DNA from: an uncultured Clostridia bacterium | Lineage (GTDB): Bacteria; Bacillota; Clostridia; Oscillospirales; Acutalibacteraceae | Reading direction: 5' to 3' | DNA: 64,000 bases | Assembly: GCA_944412445.1 (NCBI GenBank) | Contig: CALYBJ010000007.1 | Location: forward strand, 3,825-67,824 | In this document: positions 47,315-57,316 of the stretch, in pieces | How positions within the stretch are numbered: the stretch's first letter is position 1 | Layout: every line of letters begins with the position of its first letter | Translations under genes and position numbers: made by a program | The notes under the pieces: generated by a model | Seen by the model: only the letters and a program-made list of their open reading frames with translations | Database searches by the model: none | Told to the model about the DNA's origin: nothing

Positions 47315-49000
47315 TTACTTGAATAAATATACCCTTGTTTCATAAGGCTTTAATATACAGCCGTTGTCAACATTTTTAGGATTGCCGTAGTTGCAAAGGG
47401 CAATTTCTGCGTCCCTTAAGTCAAAGCCTTCCGGAGCTTTAAAGCTCATGTTTTTGTCGGAGAAGGAGCAGACAACAAGCATTCTCTGATCCTTATAATG
47501 TCTTGAATAAACGAAAAGATCCTTCCTGCCGTGATAATGCTCCTTGTACTGTCCGTAAATAACAATTTCGTTTTCTTTTCTGAATTTTAAAAGCTTTCTG
47601 TAGTAGTTAAGAATGGAATCGGGATCCTTTTCGGCAGCTTCAACATTAATTTCCGTGTAATTGGGATTAATGTGGAACCAGGGCTTGTCGGCTGTTGTAA
47701 AGCCGGCGTTTTTGGAGGAATTCCACTGTACGGGAGTTCTTGCGTTGTCACGGGAAGCATACATGGCTCTTTCCATGGTCTGCTTATCGGAAAAGCCCAG
47801 TGAACGGAAAAGCTTATAAATGTTTTTGGTTGAAACATCGTCGTAAAGCTCGATTGAGGGCAGACAGATATTTGTCATACCGATTTCCTGTCCCTGATAT
47901 ATAAAGGGCGTTCCGCTCTGGCAGATATACATTGTGGCAAGCATTTTGGCGCTTTCGACTCTGTATTTTAAACTGCCGTATCTGTTGATAACTCTGGGCT
48001 GGTCGTGGTTTTCAATGTAAAGGGCGTTCCAAGCCTTTCCGTAAAGCTTATTCTGCCAGTTTGTATAAACGCTTTTAAGCTTTTTAAGATTGAACGGAGT
48101 TTTTACCCAGCTTACAAAAAGGCAGTCAGCCTCCATGTGCTGGAAATGGAACATCATATTGAGAGTCTGTTCGGGACCTTCTTCAATGTGCTTTAAAGCC
48201 TTTTCCGGAGTCATCATGGGAGCTTCGCCGACAGTCATGCAGTCATATTTTGAAAGAACATCGTCTTTAAACTCTTTTAAATAAGCATGAAGATTGGGGC
48301 CGTCCATATAGTGCTCCATACCTGCCGCTACAGGAAGAGGGAAGCCGTTGGGAAGCCCTTCTTCTTTTGAAATATAGGTTATAACATCCTCACGGAAGCC
48401 GTCAACGCCCATATCAAGCCAGAATTTCATTATATCCTTAACTTCTTCTCTGACTTTGGGATTATCCATATTAAGGTCGGGCTGTTCAACTGCGAACAGA
48501 TGCAGGTACCATTCGTCGAGATTCTCGTCATAAGTCCATGCAGGACCGGCAAAGTTTGATTTCCAGTTATTAGGAGGAAGCTTGCCGCCGTTTCTGCCTT
48601 TTCTCCAGAAGTAGTAGTCATGATAAGGATTATCCTTGCCCTTTTTGCTTTCAAGGAACCATTTATGCTGATCCGAGGTGTGGTTTATAACAAGATCCAT
48701 AATAACCTTTAAATTTCTTTTATGGGCTTCATCGAGAACAGTTTTGAATTCCTCAAGAGTACCGAAGTCTGGAGAGATGCTTTTGTAATCTGCAATGTCG
48801 TAGCCGTGATCCTTAAAGGGGGAAACATAAAGAGGCGAAAACCAAATTGCGTCAACTCCCAGACTTTTAATATAGTCAAGCTTTGAAAGCACGCCTTTAA
48901 GATCGCCTATTCCGTCGCCGTTGCCGTCGCAGAAGCTTCTGGGCCATATTTGATAAACAGCCATTTCCTTATACCAGCATTTTTTAATATTATCAGACAT
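47315..49000 (-). CDS. GH13 alpha-glucosidase / oligo-1,6-glucosidase-type enzyme
   Basis: It has QIWPRSFCDGNGDGIGDL, DLVINHTSDQH, GVDGFREDV (nucleophile region), VGEA (acid/base) and IENHDQPR. No signal peptide is present. Confidence 0.9.
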   Translation of the reverse strand: MSDNIKKCWYKEMAVYQIWPRSFCDGNGDGIGDLKGVLSKLDYIKSLGVDAIWFSPLYVSPFKDHGYDIADYKSISPDFGTLEEFKTVLDEAHKRNLKVIMDLVINHTSDQHKWFLESKKGKDNPYHDYYFWRKGRNGGKLPPNNWKSNFAGPAWTYDENLDEWYLHLFAVEQPDLNMDNPKVREEVKDIMKFWLDMGVDGFREDVITYISKEEGLPNGFPLPVAAGMEHYMDGPNLHAYLKEFKDDVLSKYDCMTVGEAPMMTPEKALKHIEEGPEQTLNMMFHFQHMEADCLFVSWVKTPFNLKKLKSVYTNWQNKLYGKAWNALYIENHDQPRVINRYGSLKYRVESAKMLATMYICQSGTPFIYQGQEIGMTNICLPSIELYDDVSTKNIYKLFRSLGFSDKQTMERAMYASRDNARTPVQWNSSKNAGFTTADKPWFHINPNYTEINVEAAEKDPDSILNYYRKLLKFRKENEIVIYGQYKEHYHGRKDLFVYSRHYKDQRMLVVCSFSDKNMSFKAPEGFDLRDAEIALCNYGNPKNVDNGCILKPYETRVYLFK

Positions 49001-49142
49001 ATAATAAACTCCTTTCAGGATGTAATTTGTGAATATTGTATATATAGTCTATTTTAACATTAAAAAAACGACTTGTAAAGTATACCAACTCTACAAATCG
49101 CAATTGGTTTTATTGTGCAAAATAAATATATAGAATAATATA

Positions 49143-49919
49143 TTAAAGAAGCTGTCCCAAAGCTTTTAAATTTTCCGCAGCGGCGGTAGCCTTGATAGTT
49201 GATTTTTTATATTTTTCGGGAGAGGTTACACCCGAGAATACGAGAGCCGAGGCTGTGCCGTTATAAGCGCCTACGGCAATATCCGTTTCAATTCTGTCGC
49301 CCACGAAGCAAATTTCGCTTCTTTGGCAGCGGAGCATATCGGTAACATAGTCAACGGTGTAGCCGTAGGGCTTGCCGAATATTATTTCCGGCCGTCTTCC
49401 CGCTGAAGCGAAAAACATTTCTATCATAGAGCCTGTATCAGGCATGAAGCCCTTTGCAAGAGGGCAGTTTTTATCAGGATGCGTCGCCATATATTCTGCG
49501 CCGTCAGCAATAAAATTCGCTGCCTTGTTAATTTTCTCGTATGTAAGGGAAGTGTCAAAACCGAGTACAACAATATCGGGATTGTTATCTGTCAGGTTAA
49601 TTCCGGCCTTTTCGCAGTCAGACTTGAAATTATCGTTGCCCAAAAGGTAAACGGTTTTTCCTTTTCTGTGTTTATTTATATAATCTATGGCAACATGAGA
49701 GGATATGATTATTTTTTCTTCAGGAACGGGAAAACCGATTTTGTCAAGCTTTAAAAGACATTCTTCAGCGTTATGGGAGGAGTTGTTTGTAAAGAAGAAA
49801 AAGTCCTTGCCTTTATCACGGAGCTGTTTTATAAATTCCTTTGAACCGTCAATAATATTGTCGCCCAGATAAAAGGTTCCGTCCATATCAATGATAAAAT
49901 ATTTAATATTTTCAAACAT
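49143..49919 (-). CDS. HAD-IIA family sugar-phosphatase-like hydrolase (NagD type)
   Basis: It has IIDMDGTFY (DxDGT), FFTNNSS and VGDRIETDI. I prefer ATG 49919 over GTG 49928 because its spacing to AGGA is better. Confidence 0.82.
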   Translation of the reverse strand: MFENIKYFIIDMDGTFYLGDNIIDGSKEFIKQLRDKGKDFFFFTNNSSHNAEECLLKLDKIGFPVPEEKIIISSHVAIDYINKHRKGKTVYLLGNDNFKSDCEKAGINLTDNNPDIVVLGFDTSLTYEKINKAANFIADGAEYMATHPDKNCPLAKGFMPDTGSMIEMFFASAGRRPEIIFGKPYGYTVDYVTDMLRCQRSEICFVGDRIETDIAVGAYNGTASALVFSGVTSPEKYKKSTIKATAAAENLKALGQLL

Positions 49920-49934
49920 CAATGTCACATCCTG

Positions 49935-50492
49935 TTAAAAATTCAAAGTCATTATATAATTAAAAATAAAGTTTTTGTAAACGGAAAAGCCGTATTTTTT
50001 ATAAAAGCTTACGCCTTTAATATTTTTTGCGTCTACCGCAAGCAAAAGAGAATGAATATTTTTTTCTTTAAGATGATGTTTAAGAGCGGTCATAAGAGCG
50101 GTTCCTCCGCCCATTCTCTGGTATTCAGGCAAAATATCAATATGGAGATGAGCCGGAAACTCTTTTTTATACATACTGTGGGAAAGCATATCAAGCTTTC
50201 CGTGAAAAAAATTCAATAGCCCTGATTTTTTCAGCTTGGGCATATAAAGCTTATTGAAAGTATCCTTGTACCTTTCGTAATTTTCACTGCATAAAATATA
50301 TCCTACGGCGCTGTCGTTTTCGTCAGTGAGAGCGAAGCAGTTTTGCGGTTCCTGCTCGGTATAATAGTCACAGTAAAGGGTTAAAAGAAGCTTTTTCTGC
50401 TTTTCGGTTTTGCTGGTGGGAGAAGCTGTCTCAAGACAAATATGTCTGAAATCGTTTTTGTCTTTTTCATCGTAGGGACGGACATAAAGCAT
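49935..50492 (-). CDS. GNAT-family N-acetyltransferase
   Basis: It has the acetyl-CoA-binding region QRMGGGTALMTAL ... FYKKYGF. Confidence 0.75.
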   Translation of the reverse strand: MLYVRPYDEKDKNDFRHICLETASPTSKTEKQKKLLLTLYCDYYTEQEPQNCFALTDENDSAVGYILCSENYERYKDTFNKLYMPKLKKSGLLNFFHGKLDMLSHSMYKKEFPAHLHIDILPEYQRMGGGTALMTALKHHLKEKNIHSLLLAVDAKNIKGVSFYKKYGFSVYKNFIFNYIMTLNF

Positions 50493-50584
50493 AATATCAC
50501 CTTTATGTTTTATTTAAAGTTAATGTTGCAAAATATTCCGGAAAATATTATATTGTTTTTAAGTAAAGTATTCAAGGTGGTTTT

Positions 50585-51556
50585 ATGAATTTTGCAACGG
50601 TAGGCACATCATGGATAACAGAAAGCTTTATAGAGGCCTCGGCGCTTGCAGGAGACGCCGAAGTAAAAGCCGTATATTCCCGTTCATTACAAAAGGGAAG
50701 AAGGCTTGCGGATAAATTCGGGATAAGAACCGTATACACTTCATTTGATAGCCTGCTTAATGATGATACCATAGACTGCGTATATATAGCAAGTCCCAAT
50801 TCTCTGCATTATGAGCAGTCGAAAAAATGTCTGCTTTCGGGTAAAAGCGTTTTGTGCGAAAAGCCGGCGGCGGTAACGCCGAAGGAGCTTAAAGAGCTTT
50901 ACGAAATTGCTGAAGGCAGGGGACTTATTTTTCTGGAGGCAATGAAGTCCATACACGCTTCGTCCCTGCCGATTTTAAGGGAAGAAATAAAAACGCTGGG
51001 AAATATAACTACGGCATTTCTTGATTTTTCACAGCTGTCGTCAAAATATCCGGCATATTTAAAAGGTGAAAATCCTAATGTTTTTAATCCTGAATTTTGC
51101 TCGGGAGGACTTATGGATCTTGGAATTTATCCGGTTTACCTGGCGGCAGAGCTTTTCGGAAGACCGAAAAAGATAATATCTCACTGTGATTTTTTAAAGT
51201 CCGGAGCGGATTTTGCGGGAACGCTTATATTTGTTTACGGCGGCATTACGGTTACGGTTTCATATTCAAAAACTGCAAACGGGTATACCGGCAGCCGGAT
51301 TCTGGGAGACAGGGGAGCGATTTTGATAAAATCGGTGTCGAACCTTACGGGAGTTACTAAAATCCGCGGCGACGGAAAAACAAGGGAGCTTTTCCCTGAA
51401 ATTGATGAAAAAATTGTAATGTCGGAGGAGATATATAATTTTATTGATTTCGCAAAAGGCGAAAGACTTGAATATTATGACTACTGCCGCGCTGTATCGG
51501 AAATGGTCAGTGAGATACTTGAGGATGTACGCAGAGGCAATAATTTCAGTTTTTGA
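50585..51556 (+). CDS. Gfo/Idh/MocA-family oxidoreductase
   Basis: It has an N-terminal Rossmann region (FATVGTSWITE), YIASPNSLHYEQ and the EKP motif (LCEKPAA). Confidence 0.82.
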   Translation: MNFATVGTSWITESFIEASALAGDAEVKAVYSRSLQKGRRLADKFGIRTVYTSFDSLLNDDTIDCVYIASPNSLHYEQSKKCLLSGKSVLCEKPAAVTPKELKELYEIAEGRGLIFLEAMKSIHASSLPILREEIKTLGNITTAFLDFSQLSSKYPAYLKGENPNVFNPEFCSGGLMDLGIYPVYLAAELFGRPKKIISHCDFLKSGADFAGTLIFVYGGITVTVSYSKTANGYTGSRILGDRGAILIKSVSNLTGVTKIRGDGKTRELFPEIDEKIVMSEEIYNFIDFAKGERLEYYDYCRAVSEMVSEILEDVRRGNNFSF

Positions 51557-51815
51557 ATTTCGGCGGGCAAAAAGGTTTTAATTTAGAAGCGGGGTAAGTA
51601 TACAGATTACGAGCTGAAATATATATATATATTTATATATCCGTGGATTTGAATTATGTACTTTTTCCCGAAATGCCAATTAGTCGTTATTAATTATGTA
51701 AAAAATATTAAAATATTATAAAAATAATAGAAACAAGCAAATTTGCAAATTATTTATTTACAAAAATAATATTGTATGATAATATATTGACAGCATATAT
51801 TCGGGAGAAGTTAAT

Positions 51816-52889
51816 ATGAAAGAACATGAAGAAAAACAAACCGAAAACAGTGTAATAACAGAAAAATCAGATTTTTCGGAGCTTGAAAATAAGGACGAGT
51901 TTTCTGAATTTGATAAGGAAACGGCAAAGGAGCTTGTAAAAAAAGCTGAAGATTCAAAAGATGCCGGGAAAAACGGAAAAAAACAGCCTTTTGTAAAAAG
52001 GGGAAACGCCGACAGGAATATATACAGGCTGCTTGTAGCAATAATAGCCGTGGGAGTATGCCTTCTTGTGGTTGCGACTGTGGGAATGGTGGGAACGGTA
52101 TTTTCGATTGATACGGATAAAGAAACCACAACGGCAGCCCCTTCAGCTCAGCCTCAGCAGACTACAGTGCCTGCTGTGGTTACTACTGCGCCTGAGAACT
52201 CCGCTCAGAACCAGGGTGAAAGCTTTTCCGCCGACGGCTCCGGAGCATCGGCGCCTTCCACAGACGGCGAATGGCTGGGCTTTTTCAATGATTCACTTAA
52301 TAAAATAAAAACTCAGGGACCGTCCTTTGAAAAGTCAAAGCAGACGGCAGTTTTGGATATAGAGCTGTCAAACTCACTTGCCCAGGCGTATGTTTCCGTT
52401 GCCAAGGACAAGTTTTTATCAGATGAAACAGTAAAAACGAATATAGCAAAAGGTGATACCGCTTCGGCGGCAGGCGCTGTTTCCCCGGACGGAGCGTCCT
52501 TTGTTTCAAATCTTTCTCTTAATGATATTAAATCCATAACCCACAGTCAGGACGGAAACGGAAATTATGTAATAAGGGTGGATATGAACGATGCGACAAA
52601 CCCTGATTCCGGAAGCTCATACGCAAAGATATTCCAGTTTATTACCGTTGACGATGTAATGAATACATACGCCCCCAACATGAACGCCACAGTTGACAGG
52701 AATAATGTTACGGTAGAGTTTACCGGCTGTTATGCGGAGGCGGTTATTTCTCCCGATGGAGCTGTTTTAAGCTACGCCACAAACGTATCGGCAAACATGA
52801 TTTTAAAGGACGCAAAGGTAAGCGTTGTAACAACGGACCTTAATTTAACCCTTAAAAGCAATACTGTTTACCAGAATTTTGTTTGGTAG
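51816..52889 (+). CDS. Hypothetical type-II membrane protein (charged N-terminus, one TM, T/P/Q/A linker, ~210-aa ectodomain)
   Basis: The TM is LLVAIIAVGVCLLVVATVGMVGTV. I recognise no family motif. A GGGAGAAG RBS lies upstream. Confidence 0.5.
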   Translation: MKEHEEKQTENSVITEKSDFSELENKDEFSEFDKETAKELVKKAEDSKDAGKNGKKQPFVKRGNADRNIYRLLVAIIAVGVCLLVVATVGMVGTVFSIDTDKETTTAAPSAQPQQTTVPAVVTTAPENSAQNQGESFSADGSGASAPSTDGEWLGFFNDSLNKIKTQGPSFEKSKQTAVLDIELSNSLAQAYVSVAKDKFLSDETVKTNIAKGDTASAAGAVSPDGASFVSNLSLNDIKSITHSQDGNGNYVIRVDMNDATNPDSGSSYAKIFQFITVDDVMNTYAPNMNATVDRNNVTVEFTGCYAEAVISPDGAVLSYATNVSANMILKDAKVSVVTTDLNLTLKSNTVYQNFVW

Positions 52890-52965
52890 AGAATACAAAT
52901 ATAATTATACCGCCGCAGTTAATTTTTACTGCGGTGTAAATTTTTAATCAATTAAACTGATAATC

Positions 52966-52993
52966 TTGACATATACTTTATTCGTGTTATAAT
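52966..52993 (+). promoter_or_regulatory. Near-consensus sigma-A promoter of the marR-ABC operon
   Basis: It has TTGACA (52966-52971), a 16-nt spacer with TG (extended -10) and TATAAT (52988-52993). Confidence 0.65.
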
Positions 52994-53025
52994 GTTGAAT
53001 GTCGGACAGTTTGACATTCGACAAT
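52991..53025. promoter_or_regulatory. Imperfect inverted repeat, candidate MarR operator overlapping -10/+1
   Basis: AATGTTGAATGTC (52991-53003), a 9-nt spacer and GACATTCGACAAT (53013-53025). The arms match at 11 of 13 positions. Confidence 0.5.
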
Positions 53026-53032
53026 ATTTATT

Positions 53033-53539
53033 ATGTGGGGTGGCGGCTTGAAAATTGATGACTCCAAGAGAACGCGGATAAATATTGAGCTTCGTTCTCT
53101 TTCCAACATTACCATGCGGTATATTGACAATCACAGCCACAAGAAGTTTCTTGACAGCATAACGGGAACAAACGGCTGGATTTTAGGCGTTATAGCGGCA
53201 AATCCCGATAAGGATATTTTTCAGAAGGATCTGGAGGACGCCTTCGGGGTAACAAGGTCAACGGTTTCAAAGGTTATAAACCTTATGGAGCAGAAAGGGC
53301 TTATAGAGCGTTCCCCGGTGGACTATGACGCAAGGCTTAAAAAGCTTTCATTAACGCCGAAGTCAAAGGAGCTTATCGGCTATATGGTAGAGGACAACGA
53401 AAAAATGGAGGCGCTTCTTACCGGGGGCTTTACCCAGGAGGAAAAGGCTCAGCTGCTGTCGTATATCAAGCGTATGAAAAATAACTTAAAGGAAGCAATG
53501 GAAAAAACTGACGGTAAACCTATTACCGAATTAAAATAA
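53033..53539 (+). CDS. MarR-family transcriptional regulator
   Basis: It has the winged-HTH FGVTRSTVSKVINLMEQKGLIERSPVDYDARLKKLSLT. The start is ambiguous. ATG 53033 has no RBS, whereas TTG 53048 is preceded by GGGGTGG. Confidence 0.85.
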   Translation: MWGGGLKIDDSKRTRINIELRSLSNITMRYIDNHSHKKFLDSITGTNGWILGVIAANPDKDIFQKDLEDAFGVTRSTVSKVINLMEQKGLIERSPVDYDARLKKLSLTPKSKELIGYMVEDNEKMEALLTGGFTQEEKAQLLSYIKRMKNNLKEAMEKTDGKPITELK

Positions 53540-53558
53540 CAAAGGGAGAGTGAATATC

Positions 53559-55301
53559 ATGATAAAAAAACTGGCAAAGTCAGTAGGCGAATACAAAAAG
53601 CCTGCGATTTTAACTCCGCTTTTTGTTATCGGCGAAATCATTCTGGAGGTACTTATACCTCTTTTAATGGCTGAGCTGGTAGACAAGGGCATTACAGAGG
53701 GAAGAATGGACTACATTTTGAAAATGGGTATCGTGCTTATAATCTGTGCAATATTATCAATGTTTTTCGGTTCTGCGGCGGGAAAAACCAGCGCCGTGGC
53801 AAGTGCCGGCTTTGCGAAGAATCTGAGGAAAAAAATGTATTACAATGTGCAGACCTTCGCATTTTCAAACATCGACAAATTTTCAACCGCAAGTATCGTA
53901 ACAAGGCTTACCACTGATGTAAACAATGTTCAGATGGCGTTTATGATGCTTATAAGAATGGCAGTAAGAAGCCCGTTTATGCTGATATTCAGCTTTGCGT
54001 TCTCATTTAAGATAAACGCGAGACTTTCAACGGTTTTCTTAATTTTCATACCTATTCTTGCAGCGGGAATAATTCTGATAGTTTCAAAGGCGCACCCTCT
54101 TTTCAGAAGAGTTTTCCATACATACGACCATCTTAACAGCGTAGTTGAGGAAAATGTAAGAGGAATAAGGGTTGTAAAATCCTACATAAGAGAAGACCAT
54201 GAAATTGAAAAATTCGGAAAGATTTCAAAGAGCATTTACAACGACTTTTCAAAAGCTGAAAAAACGGTAGCCTTTAATATGCCCCTGATGCAGTTCTGCG
54301 TATACTCCTGCACAATAATCATATCATGGGTAGGCGCCAAGCTTATAGTAACCTCCGGAGGAACCGATCTTACAACGGGCGAGCTTATGAGTCTTTTCAC
54401 ATACACAATACAGATTCTCGCAAGCCTTATGATGCTGTCAATGCTTTTCGTAATGATGACCATAGCAAAGGCAAGCGGCGAAAGAATAGTTGAAATACTT
54501 GAGGAAAAGGGCGATATCGCCAATAAGGAAAACCCCGTTAAAACAGTAAAGGACGGTTCCATAACCTTTGAGAATGTAGATTTCGCCTATTCAAAGAACG
54601 CCGACAAGCTTTGCCTTGACAATGTGAACATAAACATCAAATCGGGAGAAACAGTAGGAATCATAGGCGGCACGGGCTCATCAAAATCAACCTTCGTTCA
54701 GCTTATTCCGAGACTTTACGATGCAACAAAGGGAAGCGTAAAGGTAGGCGGCGTAGATGTAAGGGATTATGATATAGAGTCCCTGAGAGACGAGGTTGCC
54801 ATGGTTCTTCAGAAAAATGTTCTGTTTTCCGGCACCATAAAGGAAAACCTCCGCTGGGGCAAGGCGGACGCAACCGACGAGGAAATAGAGCACGTCTGCA
54901 AGCAGGCGCAGGCTTCCGAGTTTATAGAGCAGTTCCCGGATAAATACAACACATATATAGAGCAGGGCGGCTCCAATGTATCCGGCGGACAGAAGCAGAG
55001 ACTCTGTATAGCCAGAGCGCTGCTTAAAAAGCCCAAGATACTTATTCTCGACGACTCAACCAGCGCCGTTGATACAAAAACCGACGCGCTTATAAGAAAA
55101 GCCTTTGCAGAGGAAATCCCCGACACCACGAAAATTATTATCGCCCAGAGAATTTCCTCAGTTCAGGACGCAGATAAAATAATCGTAATGAACGACGGCA
55201 AAATCGCCGAAGTAGGCACCCATGAGGAGCTTATTGAAAAAAGCCCCATTTACAGGGAAGTATACGAATCACAGATGAAGGGAGCCCAGGACGATGAGTA
55301 A
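53559..55301 (+). CDS. ABC exporter half-transporter (TMD-NBD), degenerate-site subunit of heterodimer 1
   Basis: It has six TMs and an NBD. Walker A is GGTGSSKST, the signature is VSGGQKQR, Walker B is ILILDDS (Asp in place of the catalytic Glu) and the switch is AQRIS (Gln for His). ATG 53559 has a GGGAG RBS. The ORF-track GTG 53550 abuts the RBS. Confidence 0.88.
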   Translation: MIKKLAKSVGEYKKPAILTPLFVIGEIILEVLIPLLMAELVDKGITEGRMDYILKMGIVLIICAILSMFFGSAAGKTSAVASAGFAKNLRKKMYYNVQTFAFSNIDKFSTASIVTRLTTDVNNVQMAFMMLIRMAVRSPFMLIFSFAFSFKINARLSTVFLIFIPILAAGIILIVSKAHPLFRRVFHTYDHLNSVVEENVRGIRVVKSYIREDHEIEKFGKISKSIYNDFSKAEKTVAFNMPLMQFCVYSCTIIISWVGAKLIVTSGGTDLTTGELMSLFTYTIQILASLMMLSMLFVMMTIAKASGERIVEILEEKGDIANKENPVKTVKDGSITFENVDFAYSKNADKLCLDNVNINIKSGETVGIIGGTGSSKSTFVQLIPRLYDATKGSVKVGGVDVRDYDIESLRDEVAMVLQKNVLFSGTIKENLRWGKADATDEEIEHVCKQAQASEFIEQFPDKYNTYIEQGGSNVSGGQKQRLCIARALLKKPKILILDDSTSAVDTKTDALIRKAFAEEIPDTTKIIIAQRISSVQDADKIIVMNDGKIAEVGTHEELIEKSPIYREVYESQMKGAQDDE

Positions 55302-57246
55302 TCAGACAGCTGCAAGACCCATGAGAGGCCCCGGAGCAAGAGGACCTGTGGGCAGACCCGACATGAAAATCAACAAAGACACCGTAAAAAGACTTTTAGG
55401 CTGTTTCAAAGATTTTAAATTCCACATGATATTTGTGGCGATATTCATTATTTTAAGCGCTTCGGCCAGCGTATTGTCGGCGCTTTTCCTTGAAACCCTT
55501 ATTGACGACTACATAACTCCGCTTCTGGGAACATCGGGAACGGAAGGCTTCCATGATTTGTTTATGGCGCTGGTAAAAATGGCGTGCATTTACGCTGTGG
55601 GAGCATTGAGCGGACTTTTCTACAACAGAATAATGGCAAGCGTATCCCAGGGTATACTTAAAAACATAAGAGACAAAATGTTTTCACATATGCAGACTCT
55701 TCCCATAAAATATTTTGACACCCATACCTTCGGCGACACCATGAGCTATTACACTAACGATACGGATACTTTAAGACAGATGATTTCCCAGAGCGTTCCT
55801 CAGGCAATGAACTCAATAGTATCGATTTTGGCAATATTTATATCCATGCTGAGACAGAGTATATGGCTTACCCTGTTTGTACTGCTGTTTTTGGTGCTGA
55901 TACTCAGAATAATTAAATTTATAGGCGGAAAAAGCAGTACCTACTTTGTAAGACAGCAGCACTCCTTAGGCGATGTCAACGGCTACATTGAGGAAATGAT
56001 AAACGGACAGAGAGTTGTAAAGGTCTTCTGTCACGAGGAAAAAGCCAAGGAGGACTTTGACAAAAAGAACGACGAGCTTTGCAAAAACATGACCAAGGCT
56101 AATACCTACGGCAATATTCTTATGCCCTTGCTTAACAACTTAGGCTATGCTTTGTATGTTGCAATAGCGATTTTAGGCGGCGTTCTTGCCATAAAGGAAG
56201 TGCCCAACCTTTCCATAACGGGAATAGACACTCTTACTCTGGGAACGATAGCTTCATTCCTTACCCTTTCAAGAAGCTTTGTAATGCCGATTTCCCAGGT
56301 TTCACAGCAGATAAACTCAATAGCCATGGCAATAGCCGGCGCAGAGAGAATATTCAGCCTTATAGACGAGGAGCCGGAGGCTGACAACGGCTATGTAACA
56401 CTTGTAAACGCAAAATACGATGAAAACGGAAACATAACCGAAAGCACGGAGAGAACGGGTCAGTGGGCATGGAAGCATCCTCACGGAGACGGAACGCTCA
56501 CATATGCTCCTTTAAAGGGAAATGTTGTTCTTGACGATGTTGACTTTGAATACGAGGAGGGCAAGCCGGTTCTTCATAATATTTCGCTTTACGCAGAGCC
56601 GGGACAGAAGATAGCCTTTGTAGGCGCAACCGGCGCGGGAAAGACGACCATAACAAATCTTATAAACAGATTTTACGATATAGCCGACGGAAAAATCAGA
56701 TATGACGGCATAAACATAAACAAAATCAAAAAGGCTGACTTAAGACGCTCCATGGGAATAGTTCTTCAGGATGTAAACCTGTTTACGGGAACGGTAATGG
56801 ACAATATCAGGTACGGAAAGCTTGACGCCACGGACGAGGAATGTATAAACGCGGCAAAGCTTGCCAACGCCGACAGCTTTATAAGAATGCTGCCTCAGGG
56901 ATATAACACGGTGCTGTCAGGAGACGGCGGCGGACTTTCCCAGGGACAGAGACAGCTTATTTCAATTGCCAGAGCCGCTGTGGCGGATCCACCTGTAATG
57001 ATACTTGACGAGGCAACATCCTCCATAGATACCAGAACGGAAGCCATAGTACAAAGAGGCATGGACGCTCTGATGCACGGCAGAACGGTATTTGTTATAG
57101 CCCACAGGCTTTCAACCGTAAAAAATTCCGATGTAATAATGGTGCTTGACCACGGCAGAATCATAGAGCGCGGCAGCCATGAAAAGCTTATTGCGGAAAA
57201 GGGTAAATATTATCAGCTTTATACCGGCGCATTTGAGCTTGAATAA
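55294..57246 (+). CDS. ABC exporter half-transporter, consensus-site subunit of heterodimer 1
   Basis: Walker A is GATGAGKTT, Walker B is MILDEATSSID and the switch is AHRLST, but the signature is LSQGQRQ. It overlaps the upstream gene by 8 nt. Confidence 0.88.
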   Translation: MSNQTAARPMRGPGARGPVGRPDMKINKDTVKRLLGCFKDFKFHMIFVAIFIILSASASVLSALFLETLIDDYITPLLGTSGTEGFHDLFMALVKMACIYAVGALSGLFYNRIMASVSQGILKNIRDKMFSHMQTLPIKYFDTHTFGDTMSYYTNDTDTLRQMISQSVPQAMNSIVSILAIFISMLRQSIWLTLFVLLFLVLILRIIKFIGGKSSTYFVRQQHSLGDVNGYIEEMINGQRVVKVFCHEEKAKEDFDKKNDELCKNMTKANTYGNILMPLLNNLGYALYVAIAILGGVLAIKEVPNLSITGIDTLTLGTIASFLTLSRSFVMPISQVSQQINSIAMAIAGAERIFSLIDEEPEADNGYVTLVNAKYDENGNITESTERTGQWAWKHPHGDGTLTYAPLKGNVVLDDVDFEYEEGKPVLHNISLYAEPGQKIAFVGATGAGKTTITNLINRFYDIADGKIRYDGININKIKKADLRRSMGIVLQDVNLFTGTVMDNIRYGKLDATDEECINAAKLANADSFIRMLPQGYNTVLSGDGGGLSQGQRQLISIARAAVADPPVMILDEATSSIDTRTEAIVQRGMDALMHGRTVFVIAHRLSTVKNSDVIMVLDHGRIIERGSHEKLIAEKGKYYQLYTGAFELE

Positions 57247-57267
57247 CAGGGAAATATGTGATATAAT
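57239..57267 (+). promoter_or_regulatory. Internal sigma-A-type promoter ahead of the second ABC pair
   Basis: It has TTGAAT (57239-57244, overlapping the stop of the upstream gene), a 17-nt spacer ending in TG and TATAAT (57262-57267). Confidence 0.55.
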
Positions 57268-57316
57268 ACCGATATTGTTTAGGAAGTAAAAAATTTGCTC
57301 AGCCGGATGTGAAGTT

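Noticed and set aside
51619-51640. An (AT)7-TT-(AT)3 microsatellite in the 259-bp spacer upstream of the hypothetical membrane protein gene.
   Set aside because: It is short, lies well upstream of the likely promoter, and I can see no evidence of phase-variable spacing between -35 and -10 elements. It is only worth checking if strain comparisons show length variation.
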